A DNA stretch of 64,000 nucleotides from Magallana gigas (Eukaryota): NCBI RefSeq assembly GCF_963853765.1, contig NC_088858.1, forward strand, positions 25,296,001-25,360,000. The letters run 5' to 3'. Shown here in pieces: positions 24,101 to 39,100 of the stretch (position 1 is the stretch's first letter; the number at the start of each line of letters is the position of its first letter). Position numbers and translations under genes: made by a program. A model generated the notes under the pieces. It saw nothing but the letters and a program-made list of their open reading frames with translations, was not told where the DNA came from and searched no databases.

Positions 24101-27100
24101 GAGCTCTTCTTGGAAAGGAGATCAATACAGTTTAAAAATGGCCATGTACCATCAAGCCCTCTTAAACAATAAGGAGATTAATTTACAAAGTGACATAAAA
24201 CACATAATGTTTATTTTGCGTATATTTGACATGAAGTGGTAATTAAATGAAGATATGTTGGTTGTTCAGTATATTTTGTTGGTGGTTGTTCTTTATATGA
24301 CGTAGTTATCTTAAAGGTCAAGGTCAGTGGAATAATTACAGTTTTTGATATGTATGGATATCAAATTTGAGAAAGTTTAATTCATTTCAAATTTTTATCA
24401 AATTTTTTTTCTTTTCTTTAACAATATTTCTTGGTTTTTTTTTTCTTTTCTAAAAAAATGTTTAGAAATGCTTGCTAACTGCTGATCCTAGCTGAGTTGT
24501 ATATTAGTAGTGTATTGCTATTATGAAGCTTAAAAATGCATAATGTAAACTTTGTTCACAGATACAACTTCTGAAGGTCAGAAAGTACCTTAACACTTAT
24601 TTCAAATATCCAGATGAACAGATATCACAGAAATTCAGACTAACGGCCGGAGATGCGTAAGTATTTTCATGGAAAGCCTATTTCAAAGAAACAATTCTTG
24701 CACGGAAAGAATTAATACCCCCAAAGAAATTCATTCGAAACAAAGTGTGATTTGAAGATAACGAAGCTTCAATAATGCAGAGTTTATTTTTAATGAAGAA
24801 TTTTTTTCCAGACATTACATGGTGATATTGCAGAGAGACTACGGGGGACCAGGGAGTGTAGACGTCGCTGCCCGATTCCATCAGACAGAACTGACCAATC
24901 AGAGCACATCGTTTGCAGACCAAGAACATCAAATAATAGCAGTTAGATCGACAATTGTGAGAGAAGTCCAGAGTATCTCACTGGTCACCGAAAATGTTCG
25001 TCCTGGGGTCTATGAAGTTCAGAAAGTTCAAATATGCGATCCACTGCAGAGTGGTGCCCCTTTGATGTTTAGGCTTGGATTATATAATGTGTATACAGGT
25101 AGACCATGATTTTTAATCTACAAAATGTTCTTTAATCTGTGTGTAACAGTGTGTTACAAGGTTAACACGTGTTTAACTTTCAGTCAATAAATTGGGTCTC
25201 GGTAGCTCAGGTTGGTGTGCTGGTTCAGTAAGTCAGACACCCCCAGGGTTTTAGTCCTGATTTAGTTTTGCCGACTTGATTTTTTAACCTGTGTTACATG
25301 TGTATAGATGATCTCTGAGTACTCATTAATTTCATCTTTGTGTACAAGTAGTTTTTTAGAATATTTATTGTTCTCCAATCCTCAGCCTCAAAGTATTTTT
25401 ATCATCATAAACATATATGTTATTTATCCTTCAAACTAAATAGATGAAATTACATTTGTATTAGAATAAAATTTTTTTTATGTTATCCATGCATTTTACG
25501 AGGTTATTGCAATTTGCATGGCCATTTTGATTTTAAAAATAAAATGCTTTCTTTGGTCTGATTCATGCGGAATATGAAGGTGGTGGCATTGCAGAAAAAA
25601 TACATAACCCAAGTTAGTGTGCTATGTGTTAGTGTGCTATGTCAATATTTTTTGTAAAGATCGCATAAGTCATCAAAGAAAGCATTTTACTGTTTATATC
25701 TACATCATTCAAATTGTCTCATAATGGAATTTGAGTGTGACGTCCTCAGTTTTATTTTGTGCATGGAAGTCTGTGATTTTTCTAAGGTCTCTGTGGGTTT
25801 TGACCAATTGATAAACGGGGTGTGTAGATTTCAGTCCTGTCAATTTCCTGTCTGTTTCAGTCAATGTAAATTTTGACCAATCAATGAACAGGGCATGTAG
25901 ATTTTAGTGCAAAAAGTTTCCTGTAATTTATAATCATCGATCAATTTGTTCACATGAAGCCGTTTTGACAAGAGCTAATTTGGACCCTGGACAAAATCTT
26001 TTTATACAGGATCTAATCTACTACATTGTCTAGATATAATTTTGTACCTATATATGACTCCATAAAGCTGATTTTTTGACTATTATAGTTTGTTTTTTGT
26101 TTGATTGTAGATGTTTTAACACCTCAGAGCACAACAAGTGGTATCAAAAATGCATTGAAGTCTCTGCCAGTGTTTGATTCGAAGGAACAAGTGAATGTCA
26201 TCAATAAGACTCTGAGTAATGGATGCTTTACAACTTTTATAGAGTTCATCTCAAATCGAGGTAAAGGGAAACTCCAAAAATATATACGCAAGTAGAACCG
26301 AATTTGAGTCAATATACATGTAATGTGTCAATTTTTGTTGGCATTTGATTCTGTAGTAATGAAAGTTCTGCATATGTCTATGTATTCATTTACATTATAA
26401 ATATTGGTTAATGAATGTGAATATAAGCTGATGCGCATTCTGCCAAATAAACAAATGGCTAAATTGAATATACTGTCAATTATACATGTAGTCCGATGTA
26501 TCAATCATACAGTATAATCTTTTTTATACACCCCCGCAAACGAAGTTTGGGGGGGTATATAGGAATCACCTTGTCCATCTGTCCGTCCGTCTGTCCGTCT
26601 GTCTGTGCAATCGTGTCCGGTCCATATCTTTCTTATGGAGAAACATTGGAAGTTCTTACTTCACACAAAGATTGCTGATGACCTAAGGGTGTGTCATGAC
26701 CTTGACTCAAGGTCATTCAGGCAAGGTCAAGGTCACTGGGAAAAAAAATAATAAAACACAAAATTCGTGTCCGGTCCATATCTTTCTTATGGAGAATTAT
26801 TGGAAGTTCTTACTTCACACAAAGAATGCTTATGACCTCAGGGTGTGTCATGACCTTGACCCAAGGTCATTTGGGCAAGGTCAAGGTCACTGGCAGAAAA
26901 AGTGCAAAATTCGTGTCCAGTCATTATCTTTCTTATGGAGAAGCATTGAATGTTCTTACTTCACACAAATATTGCTTATGACCAACAGTTTTAAAAAAAT
27001 AGAACAGTTGTTATTTATAGAAAATGGACGGTGAAATAGATTCATCCAATATTTTCTATAATTGGAAAAATACTCGCATTATAATTTTTATCTTAGCGGG

Positions 27101-30100
27101 GGGTATCAATTGTGAGCTTGCTCACAGTACCGAGTTTATTTCATCAACACAAGCATGCATTACGTTGAATTATTTTGGTTTTGTGCATTTCTGCATCAAA
27201 GAAGAAATCAGTAAGGTGAAGAAATGAATCTTTTTTACAGGTGACTTTGAAGATTTGAAGGTGATCATGAGAAGCACAGAGCTGAAAGTGAATATCACTG
27301 TTGAAGAAGTTCTTGCAGGGGAAGCAACTGGTGAACACTTCACCTTACAGATGGCAGGAGTTATCTCACCCTTATTGACTGGAAAGCCAACTCAATTACA
27401 GGTCTCCAATTATAAAATATTGATTCTTATAACAATTATAAGTTACATGTAAATGTTTTGATAAAAATAAAGTGATTGAACTGGATTTAATATGTTTTTC
27501 TTTGTGTCTTTATTGATTGCATGAAGGTAAATTTTTCCAGCTGTAATGATTATCATTGTGTTTTTGTCTTCATAGATGGAAGAAAAACTTGGTAAGATGT
27601 TTGAAAGCAGGTGCCCCAAGGCCCTGGGAGACCCGGTCAGTAAGCTCCACTACAGTTTTGAGACGGGAAGTCGGCCTGGTCCTATGCATAAAGGAACTAT
27701 TACCTCGGAGGTTGAGGCTTTCTGTGGGAAGAAAAGTATCCTGAATCCCAGTTATATTTACTATGACAGGAGCAATCGAATCACTCTTGGACAAGATGCA
27801 AAAGTGGTAGGTTTAAATTAAGGATTGTTTCATTTATATAATCCCTGCAACAAAGTTTGGGGAGGAGTATAGAAATCACCTTGACCGTCTGTCTGTTTGT
27901 TTGTATGTCAGCTGTGCAATCATGTCTGGTCCATAATTAAAGATATTGAAATGCAGAAGTTCTCTTTAAATGTAGAATTTAATCATTTTATATATATCGA
28001 ATAAGAAATATGTTGTAGTTTAAAACACACTGATGAAAAGCTGATTATTGCAATCATTAACAACCAATTGAAACTAATTCAATTTAGAAAACTGATCTGA
28101 ACACGAAGACACACTCATGCATACAAGAAATAGATAAAAATAACTCCATAAGCTACGTACTGAAAATTACACTATTCCAATGCATTGTTTACATCATTGG
28201 CCATGATTAGGTCTGTGTGACATCATAGGTCTGTGTGACATCATAGGTCTGTGTGACATCATAGAATCACGCATAGGAGTGGAGAGAAATTTTTTTTTCA
28301 GGTGTTGAGCTCTCATGTTGATATCCTAGCTGGTAAATAGTAATGCATTATGGCCAAATTCTACTATACACATAGTTTAACATTTTTTTTATATCAAGCA
28401 TTTACAATAATTATGAAAGAAAATCATAATGTTGAAAATCGTGACCTTTAACAAAAAATGGAAGCTAGTCAGTAATGCTTTTACTTGACTTACTAGTTAT
28501 TTTTCCATTGCAGGTCTGCTTTGCGTATCGCGGGAAGCTGCAGAACTTCTTCAAGTTGGGATTTTCATACAAGAACAACAAAGGAGCGACAGTGGACAAC
28601 CAATATGCCTACCCATCAGTCACATTTAAACAATCTCCTGGGTATAGAACTCAATTAGCTTTTGGTTTTAAAAAAAAAAATCTTTTAAAATTTATCGTGA
28701 AATTAGTTTGTTAGAAAAAAAATCCTTTATCTAAAGGACAAAATAATATGAATATGACCCTGTATAATTACATTGTCATTGTCACAAAATTAAAGATGTC
28801 AAAAATTACCCCAAAAATTGAAATTACAGATAAAATATTGTAAAGGTAATATAATAAATAAATAAATGCAAGTTATGGTTTATTGATAGAAATTAATCAA
28901 TTATACATGTATTTAAGTGACAAAGATATTTTATGTATTTTTTGTTAATATTTGCAGTTGGAACTACAAATGCGTGGACATAGAAACTGAAGCGAAAAAA
29001 GGAATAATTGGAACAGTGTTTAAAGTGTTTCTGATTGAAGTCAGGAAAGACACGTCTGAGGATTTCCTCTATCTGGACGAGGTCTACATCGGCAAAAACC
29101 CAACCAGTGTGGAAGAAGGTACTGTACAAGGAAGGAAAATTCATGTTTTTTCTTCTATCATAGAAGTGGGGAGGAGATTACTGTACACAGGAAAATATTC
29201 GCCCCGTTTTATTTTCACCCCTTTCAACCTTGTTGTCTGCAGGCAAATTTATGACTGGGCGAATTCTTATGTATCAAATTATCTCTCTTTAAACACAACT
29301 ACTTCTGGGCGAATTCAAGATGGGGCAAAACCGTTTGTAAGTAAAGAGGGGGGGGGGGGCACAGGCAAAAATAGCCCTGTGTACAGTATCATATGTTTGT
29401 TTGGGTGGTAGGAGTAAAATGTAATTTAATATGCATTCATGGCTTACATCAAATGTGTATCATTTCCTTGTCCTGTAGAGAATGTGAACCTGATGAGACT
29501 GAGGCCGGTGATGCCCAGTGGACAGCTGGTAGATAGAGTCAATGTAAACAAAACCGAGGAGAATGGGACCACAGTCTATCATGTGGAGTTCATACCACAG
29601 GCCTGCTCCTACAACTTTGCTTTGTTAGCGGTGGTGCCAGGGCAGGTAGGAAAGCATAGTTTGATTTTTGTCGTTGTTGATTTTATCTGTAGGCCAAAAT
29701 TCATGAGAAGTAGCACAATATCAATGCAATATGAATTCTGTGAACTACCCTTTGCCTGTTACTTGAAATTTCAGATTTTTTTTTTTTTTTTATATCGTCT
29801 TCCATTTATTTCATAACATACAAAAGAGATTTTGAGGCAAAACCTCCACAGAGGCCCTCTAACTATTCCTCACCTGGGGTGCCAGGGGCCCCCTGGATCG
29901 GAAGTTTGTTATATACAAAACATTTTTAAATATAATCAGAGATTGAAAAAGTTTACATTCTTATATTGATATATGAAACATAAATGACATAAGTTGATAA
30001 CATAACATACAAAAGAGATTTTGAGGCAAAACCTCCACAGAGGCCCTCTATAACTATTTCTCACCTGGGGTGCCAGGGGCCCCCTGGATCGGAAGTTTGT

Positions 30101-33100
30101 TATATACAAAACATTTTTTAAATGTAATCATAAATTGATAAAGTTTACATTCTTATATTGGTATCTGGGTCATAAATGACAAAAGTAGATAAAACTGAGA
30201 AATAAGAATATACGTGTCTATAAATCTATGCATATAATGCCTTTTTAAGCATACGTATGCGTAGTTATATAAATATTCTGATATATAATTATGTTATATA
30301 GTTCAAAATATAAATATGCAGTATAGTAAGGTATAACAAAGCAAGTGCAAAGTAGCAAAATATAAAATTTCAGATTTGACTGATGTGAAATAATTGGAGA
30401 GATTATATTTGATTACAGATTTCCAATGGGACGGTTCTTAGTGTATCCCGGCTGTCCTCTGCCTCTCCCCCTGTGAGGGGAAACTTTTCTGTCACCTTCC
30501 GCAACAAAACCATGGACGGTATGTATTGGTACATGTATTTATATATCTAAACAAAGATGTGATTTCTCATCTATTGCTTGATCATGCAGGTTCAAAGTCC
30601 ATCCTTTCCTGAATTTATTAGGAATTGTTGGCTAGTTGAAATTTTTCTCTAATGTAATGTTCAGAAGCAGATTGAAAGTTTGGGTGGGGGTGGCTGCATG
30701 GACTTTCTTTTCAGAAATCTTGACAAGCAAAGAAAAAATAAAAAAATGGTTTTGGTTATGTTATGTCTAACTTTGCAAAAAAGTTCCAACACCTATGTAC
30801 TTAGCACATTATACATTGTACATTAGACATGCCATATGCCATGCATTATAAAGCACCCACACTTTTTATCAAATGCCTCAACTACAGCTGTGGGAAATTG
30901 CAGGTATATTCAGAAAGCATACTTTAAAAGTTTATCAAGGGCTATTGTTTTAATATACATGTATGTTTTGAATTGTATAGTTGAACTCTGGTTTTCACCA
31001 TTACAGGGACATGGTCACGATTTTGGTCAAATTCTATATTTATGTTTTGCTTTAGAAATGCATTTTTAATGATCAAATAAATTTAGTTTGAGAGTCATTC
31101 CTAGAGTTATAAGCAAGATAAAGGGCTCACAATTCTTTGTCATGTAAACAAGGCTCGTGCCCTGTTTTTCTTTACATATGTTCAATATACCAGTGAAAAA
31201 TCTTTTTCGGTCTTTTTATTTATCTTAAGCATATATAAACAGTTCCTAACATTTAACATGTTCGATTTAGGTTTACAACTGAAATTTTTACTCCAGCGTT
31301 CAAAATGTCTGAAACAAACGCTTTGTTTCCACAGCGAAAATTTTCAAGCTCTGCAACTGGCTTATAACTTAACAATTGAAACTCAAATTTCCATTGCCTA
31401 TTGAGAATGCCTCTCTAAAGCATAGTAAATATTAAAATCGGAAAAATAATTTTTGACCAAAATCGTGACCATCCCCCTTTAAAGTCACCTTCACTATGTT
31501 TTTTTTTTTCAATTGATCATTAAGGCATTCCATTCACTGTGGATGGGGCGAGGCTGGCAAGCCTCCTACAGTCGGGGTTACCAGAAATGGGCAATCTAAA
31601 CACCTACAAACACGGAAAATGTGCAGAGTTTGACCTACATGTTGGATTCCATTCCAATGCCGGGGACCAGGAAACCTTACAGGTATTGCTCAGGTGTCAT
31701 AGAAATTTTGTCCACTCTCAGATCTGTTTGTGACAAGTATCTTAGTTAGATTTTTTTTATAACAATTTTTGCTTCCAATCTATTTGCTTTTCACTTGAAA
31801 GATTTCCGCTAATTACCATAAGTTAGCATTGTTGGTAGCTACAGTATTCAATCATCTCATGAGCTTAGATTAAGACATATCTTTACATGTTGCTATTGAA
31901 TAGTATTTAAAACTTCATTCATCTAAATAAGTGAAAGAAAATGAAAGAATATAAATTCTCATTTGAAGATATGCTCTATACAGCCCCAGATCTCTTGCTA
32001 TTTTTCAAAAAGATAGTAATATTTAATAGAATGCCTCATATGTATAAATTGTAGATTACAAGTTACGCTGAGGGTGAAAACGTGACAGTAGATGTTAAGA
32101 CGGTCACTGACGGCAAAGTGTGGCTGAACCCCATCCCAGGGGACTTTTTGGTCACCCCCCATGACACCCCTCAGGTTATGGCCTATATCAATGACATTCC
32201 CACCAAGTGCTCCGGGGACTGTTCCTGGGATTGGTCAAGATCGGCCACGCCCACCATCCTCTCAGTGTCACCTGACACAGGTGAGTGATTAAGATACAGT
32301 TGTCCAAAGTTCTTTTGAACAGAAGATGTAACATCAACATATATATATTATTTAAAGTGTACACTTTAAGTTGAAATATTCAATGCACTGCATGTATTTG
32401 CCATGTAAAAATAAACTTTAATGATTATAGAAATGATGTTGTAACCATTAGGCTGGAAGCCAGATATGGGGGATTTCTGATTTTTTACTTTTTTACTCTG
32501 GATGTACATGTAATTAGTTTGCAGCAGTTCTTCCTTTAAACAGAATGGTCAAATCACAAAATCGTTTTCAATGGTGATCCGTACATTCTCATCCATATTG
32601 ATCTTCAAATCATATAGATATTTGAAAACTCATTAGTCAAATTTCTTTTTAGGTTTTCCAACATCCACAGAGATTACAATTACGGGCACAGGTTTCCATG
32701 GTAACCACACCCTCAACCGTGTCATGATAGGAGGGGTAGCCTGTGTGACCAGTTCGTCCAATGATACCCACATTGTGTGTAGAGTAGGGGACGGAGAAAC
32801 AGGGACCTTCCCAGTGATGGTCAACGTGGAGGGACTCGGGAACGCGGATAACACCAACAACAGTGTCATGTTTACCTACCAGTTCAGCATCCAGTCCATG
32901 GCTCCCAGCTCTGTCTCTCTTGGTGGTAAGGACATTTTGATGGAGTGTGGTCAGAGTTGTTTTCTAAACTGGAAAATTTGGCCAACAATATTTAACCAGG
33001 TTTTCTAACAGAAAAATCCGGTTATTGAAATGATGAAAATGGCGGGCTGGCAACTGCCAAAAGAGTACCTTTATTGTACAGATCACTCCTCCTACAGTTT

Positions 33101-36100
33101 TCAAGATAGGAAGTTTGTTCTTTTGCAGTTCAATAGTACATATATCAGAGGTGTGCATATTGCTAGGATTTTGATATCTGATAATTTATGAAAAATATAC
33201 TAGCTTTTGAACTTACCAGTAGTCATTTTTTGACAAAATATTGCATTTCTCTGGATATGTTAGGTAGAGTTTATCAATTCAGGGTTGACATGGATTATGG
33301 ATGCAGTTCACATATAAGAAAATCCGGTTTGCTGTCACATTGACAGCTTTTCACTTGTTTCTTAAAATTCTTTAAAAATGAGGAAAAAATTTCTGGGATT
33401 AAAGTTTTATACATATAATTATACAGTCATTTGTACCAGTTCATTTTATTGACTTTGTGCTACATTATCTTCTGGTCTTTATTTTAGGTGGACTGAATTT
33501 GACCTTGGGAGGATTTGGATTCTCCAAGAAGGATGAGGTTTACGTGGGGGGTAAGGCTTGCCGTACCCTGTCAAGTTCCACCACCCAGACTGTGTGTCTC
33601 ATCCCCCCTTCTGTGAGTACAACTCAAGTTCTATCAGTTAGACAGATGAATTGCTCTAAATGGAGATTTCTCAGTCTTCCTGTGCTGAATTGAAAAAGCC
33701 TAAACAATATATAGCTATTCTCAATTAACACATCTTACTGTGTATTAAAAATTGAGAACCATTTTTTCACTGTTGGTCAGAATTTATATTTAATATTTAT
33801 TTTTCATCTTTTTAGTCGGAGAGCAAAAATGAAAGTGTTCTTGTCAAACAAGGAAATACTGGGACGAATGTTACCCATACTAAATCTCTGGAGTATTCTA
33901 GTGAGGGCATGATTGTGATTTCCTCTATCGAGCCCAATGCAACTTATGTAGCAGGTAAACCACATCAGTTAATACGATATTAATTTCACATGAATGGAAA
34001 TCGAAACATCTCTACAGTGTAATTCAAATGCATGTACATGTAGCTTACAACTGAGTTTTTTTCCCGTACCCACAGGAGGGACAGAGATCACGATACAGGG
34101 GTCTGGTCTGAGCAGTATGGAGTCTGTAAGGATAGGGGATGTCCCGGTCACCTACACAAACTCCTCGGACAAAGAGATTAAAGTGGTCCTACCCCCCAGA
34201 CCGGCTGGGGCGTACTCTGTGCAGCTCCTAGGGCCAAGTGGAGTGGGGGTAAACAGGTGGGTCCAAGAAGTTGTTATGCAGTGCTATCATTTAAAATGTC
34301 TGTTACGAAGAGTGTTGCCATCTATATACTGTAAACCTACATGTATTTGTTGTGATGAACTGGTTTGTGGTGACTAATTTTCACTATTAGAGTAGATTTT
34401 CAAGAAAATAAAAGACGTTAAAGGACTTGTTTGCAACAAGAAATGTTCATGATAATGAGGCTCTCGTGAACCTCGCAGTCTGTATGAATTTGCATTGTCT
34501 TATAGAACAATACTTAATTTGAGTCAAACATGAAACATTTACTTTTAATGTAAACATTTTAATAAGAAAAAAACAAACCCCAAAAAGACTTTTATTAAAG
34601 TGATTCTTACTCTTTTTTTTATAATGAATGTTTTTTTCCCCATGTTTATTCAACTTTGAAATTTGAGGGAAATACACAGTTGTTACAGCTGTAAATTTGT
34701 TTGATTTCAATCGTTCTTATATATGGTCAAGTTATACTGTAATTGCATTGTTTTAATGTAGTGCCAATGAGGTTCCCTCTGTGGAATGGAGATTGACTGT
34801 GACTGACATCAGCCCCCTCCGCGGATCACTGAGAGGGGGGGCCATGCTGACCATTCGGGGGGACGGGTTCTCTCTGAACAAGACCAGGAACTCTGTAATG
34901 GTAGGTCGACACCGGTGTGAGGTGGAGACAGCCAAGGTCACAGAACTGACCTGTCGGGTCAAGGACACAGCACAAGTCCATCGTGTGGATAACTCAGGGA
35001 TCCATCCACGTATGTCATCATTATAACAAACTTCTGTTTAATATCTATAACCATTTATTTGATGCAGTTTAAGAATTGACAACATTTTAGAAAAAATAAA
35101 ACAACTGATTTTCCATAGGGTGTATGGAGCATGGATTACTAGTACATCGGAGCAAAAGCATGAATAAAATTTTGAAGTGTTTTCCTCCATTTTATCCTAA
35201 AACTTCATTTAAATGAGTTGATCATTTTCATTACAGAGTTTAAACTGAGTGGATATGCCTGGAATCCCCAGTACCTGATTATCAAGGTGGGTGACATAGT
35301 GGAGTGGAAGTGGAGCTTCGCCTCTTACATCACAGGGATGAAGCCTAGGGTCGTGGAGGTCAAGGATGAACTTTCAGTGGAGGAGATGGAAGGAGGGTTC
35401 AACAGTGGACCAGGGAGGGAATCAGGTACATGGAGTTGAATTGTACTTTAACTTAACGCCCCTTTTACAATAAATTGGCGCACGAGCAGAAGCGACAAAA
35501 TATTCGTGAAACTGAAAAAATCAGATATGGTTTGTAAACTTGTAAATAATCACAATCTCATGATTGCACAACACACGCATAAACAGCTGTGAATAATGTT
35601 ATGATCTTTAAAATTATGCATTGCTCTTGTGGGTATACAAAATGTTGTCATTGCATTGAACTATTTGGAGCACATTTGTCGGAATAGTGTGCATGTCCAC
35701 TATTTTGAGAAGACTTGATGTGACCACAAAAACTCATGCAACAAATGCGAGAGCTCATGCAAAGTATGTGATAGGAGCAAAAAAATTTGATTGCAAAAAC
35801 TCATGCAACAAATGCGAAAGCTCATGCAACGTATGTGATAGGAGCCAAAAAATTCTGATTGCAAAGTGTTATAAAGTGCTTGTGCACCAATTGTGAATGA
35901 GGTTGAAGAAATGTAGCTCTTCAACAAATAAAATGGGGAGAAGGTGATGGATTTTAAATTAACTTTTACACTGAGATTATGTGCAGGTTTCTCTGTGCTC
36001 TTGTGCAAGATTTTGCCTTTGTCAAAAGCTCATAGAAAATTATTGCAATGCCTTTAATTTCAGTTGGACCAAAGTTAACCATTTATGTATTATTCATAAT

Positions 36101-39100
36101 CTTGAAATTCATATAATACTATAATGATTATATATTCTAATATTATTTATTTTGCTGAGAGGTATCTATTTGTTAAAATCTAACCTAGATTCTATCCTAA
36201 GATCTATTGAAATAGAATAAGTCATAGGGGAAGAGGGAGTTACAAATCCTATATTACAACTTTAACAAATTTTTTTTTTGTCCAGGGGTGTTCCGTCATC
36301 AGTTCACTGCGGTTGGCAGGTACTGTTATTGGAGTGACTTTGTGGACCAGTACAAGACCACGTGGTTCCGGGGGTGTGTCACGGTGGAGGATCTCAGTTC
36401 TTATGTGGCGGAGATCAGTGTCAAGGTCAATGGATTTGAAGCAGTCTATGACAGAGTGGCACCACAGTGTAAGAATTGAAGTCATGTTTTCTTAATATTG
36501 TCTGTATCCAGTTTATTGAGTATTATCCCTTTAATTTCACAAATTTTGAAAAGTGTAGAATTAATGGGTAATACGTTTTTACAAAATTTCATTTCAGTTC
36601 TGTATGTCGCTAATAGTACTTGATCATGAGCCTTCGTTTCATTCATTGCAGCACCCTCTTCATCAGCAGTTAATGCTCCTGGAGCAGGATGTAGCCAAGA
36701 CCTGACACCATTGTCAAACTGTTCTGTTCCAGAACCAACTGGAGGGAACCCCAGCAAGTTCAACTTTAAATTCTGGACATGTGCCACTCCCATAGTTACA
36801 GGGGTGTCCGAAAGTAATGGCACAGTTAATACCAACATCACAGTACAAGGTACAGGCTTGTCCAATAATGACTGTCAGAACGAGATCAGTTTCGGAGATG
36901 GGAAATGTGTTGGTGACGGAGACAGTGGACCAGATGTCGTGTGTAACATTGATAACTCAAATTCTCCCTCAGTTGGACTTCTTCAGCCAATCAAAGTGAG
37001 GCACAATAACCTTGGGTACGCTTTGGTGGCCATTAACAGTGTTATGAAAAGGTCATTTGCCCTGAAGCCCTCTGTGACAGAGGTCATGCCCTCTAAAGGT
37101 TCAGAAGTTGGGGGATCAGTGATTCACATCATGGGGTCTGGTTTTTCCATGGATAAAGATTTTGTGTCTGTCACCATTGGAGGGTATTCTTGTGGTTTAA
37201 TGAATGTCACCTACAGTAAAATTGTGTGTCGTACAAGTCAAGGTCAAGGTGAAAAAGATGTCCAGGTCGTAATCAGGTCCTCACAAGGTCAACAGATTCC
37301 AGCAGTGTGTGAAGGGACATGTAAATTTACCTATGATGCAGGTTTCACTCCTCAAATGACCTCAGTATCTCCCATGACGGTGAATGGAACAACTGATACA
37401 ACTCTAGAAATTGAAGGCAGTGGTTTTGGGAATGAAACAGCTGACATTACAATTAAGATAGGAGGAGAAAGGTGTGAAGTGACAGTTGTATCAAATTCCT
37501 CAGTTCAGTGTACAGTAGGCAATCTCCCTGCAGGTTCGAATAACCAGGTGGTTATGGAAGTGGCTGGGAAAGGTCTAGCCAGGGGAAGCATCAGGGTGAC
37601 AGGAAACCCAGTGATCACAGAAATCTCTCCCGCCGAGGGAAGCATCCATGGTGGAACTCTGATTTCCATATCTGGAAACGGTTTTGTGAAGGATCAAACC
37701 ACTGTCTCTATAAAAGGCAAGCCATGCAGGATTGTCAGTACAAGTTTGTCCATGGTGAGCTGTATCACACCTTTGAATGGAATAGAAGAGAGTGTGAATG
37801 TTGGAATTATCTCCAATACAATATCATACCCAATGGTGGCCTTTAACTACAGTAACCAATCCTCCCCTAATATTTCCTCCATCAGTCCCACCAATGGCTC
37901 AGCAGGCACAGAGATTACCATCACCGGCACTGGGTTTGTCAGTCAGAAGGAAAACATAACCGTCAGTATCGACAAAGCCGATTGTACTGTGAGCTCTTCA
38001 TCGGAGACAGAAATCGTCTGCACTGCCGGAGCCAACCTTGTAGGATCCTTTCCTGTACTAGTCAAAGTGGACGGGAAAGGAAACTCAGACAATCGCTCTG
38101 AGTTTGAATACCAACTGCTTGTTACCTCTATTTCTCCAAGTACAGGTCAGTTTTAATGTCAGTTAGGGACATTTGAAAATAAGGCAACTTGAATTTACTT
38201 TGAAAGAAAATAGTTTTGGTATTACTATGATAAAAGTTTGCATTCTGCGAAAACTAGAATTTAAGGAAAGCATTTTTAACCCAACAACTATCACTTTGAA
38301 GATAAATTTACTTTTAGGTTTTCTTGAGATCAGTAGTAGAAATATGTTTATAATTTGATGGATAAATTAAATGAAATGCATTGAAACTTTGTCTTTGAAT
38401 TTTAGGTGGTATTGCTGGTGACCAGTTAGTGACTATTTCTGGATCTGGATTTGATAGTTCCACATCCGTCTGGATTTGTGACAGAAAGTGTGAGCGTGAT
38501 CTCTCCGCCAACCAGTCAACCTCGGAGTTCCGATGTCGAACGCCAAAAGCTGCAGGTAAAGCTAAAATCTTACTTGATTGTTATAAATTCTTTTAGTATT
38601 TTCAGAGATGCACAATTAATGCATCCTTTAAAAAATACTTAAAGGGAGGGAATTTGCTCATGCATTCACCTGTATGAATCAAATTTTAGAATTTAGTTTA
38701 AATTTTAGTTATAAAGTATTAACTTACGGGTAGCTGTTAACAATAAAATTGTAATCAAAAACAAATTAAAATTAGTGTGTTCTACTATAGATTCCTAATT
38801 AAACATGAGGAATTAATATCCGCATAAAATGCATGAAAGACATCTTGCAACTTTTAAAATCTTTCTTTTTTTTTTTGGACAGATGTAAACTAAATGAAAA
38901 TATGATAAAACTTAGGTGTTAGCGATTTTATATTCCTATTTGATGCAAAATGTTTAATGTTTGAATTGCGGAATTAAGTACTCCCATAAAATATGGAATC
39001 TTAACAGTATTAAACTTTGAATTAATTCCATCAATTTAATTTTAACTGATTATCTTATTTTTAAAAATTTTAAAAATTATCTTTTCTTAAAACCTTGCAA

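Noticed and set aside
26696-27034. 112-aa ORF
   Set aside because: It reads through the tandem units of the pearl-like element, which explains the internally repeated peptide.
28208-28264. 18-bp direct repeats as CRISPR or iteron array
   Set aside because: Head-to-tail perfect repeats with no spacers; a simple slippage duplication within a TE-like remnant.
35119-35220. Alternative exon after TTTTCCATAG in intron 26
   Set aside because: The in-phase reading hits a stop codon, and the acceptor at 35236 gives a continuous homologous frame.
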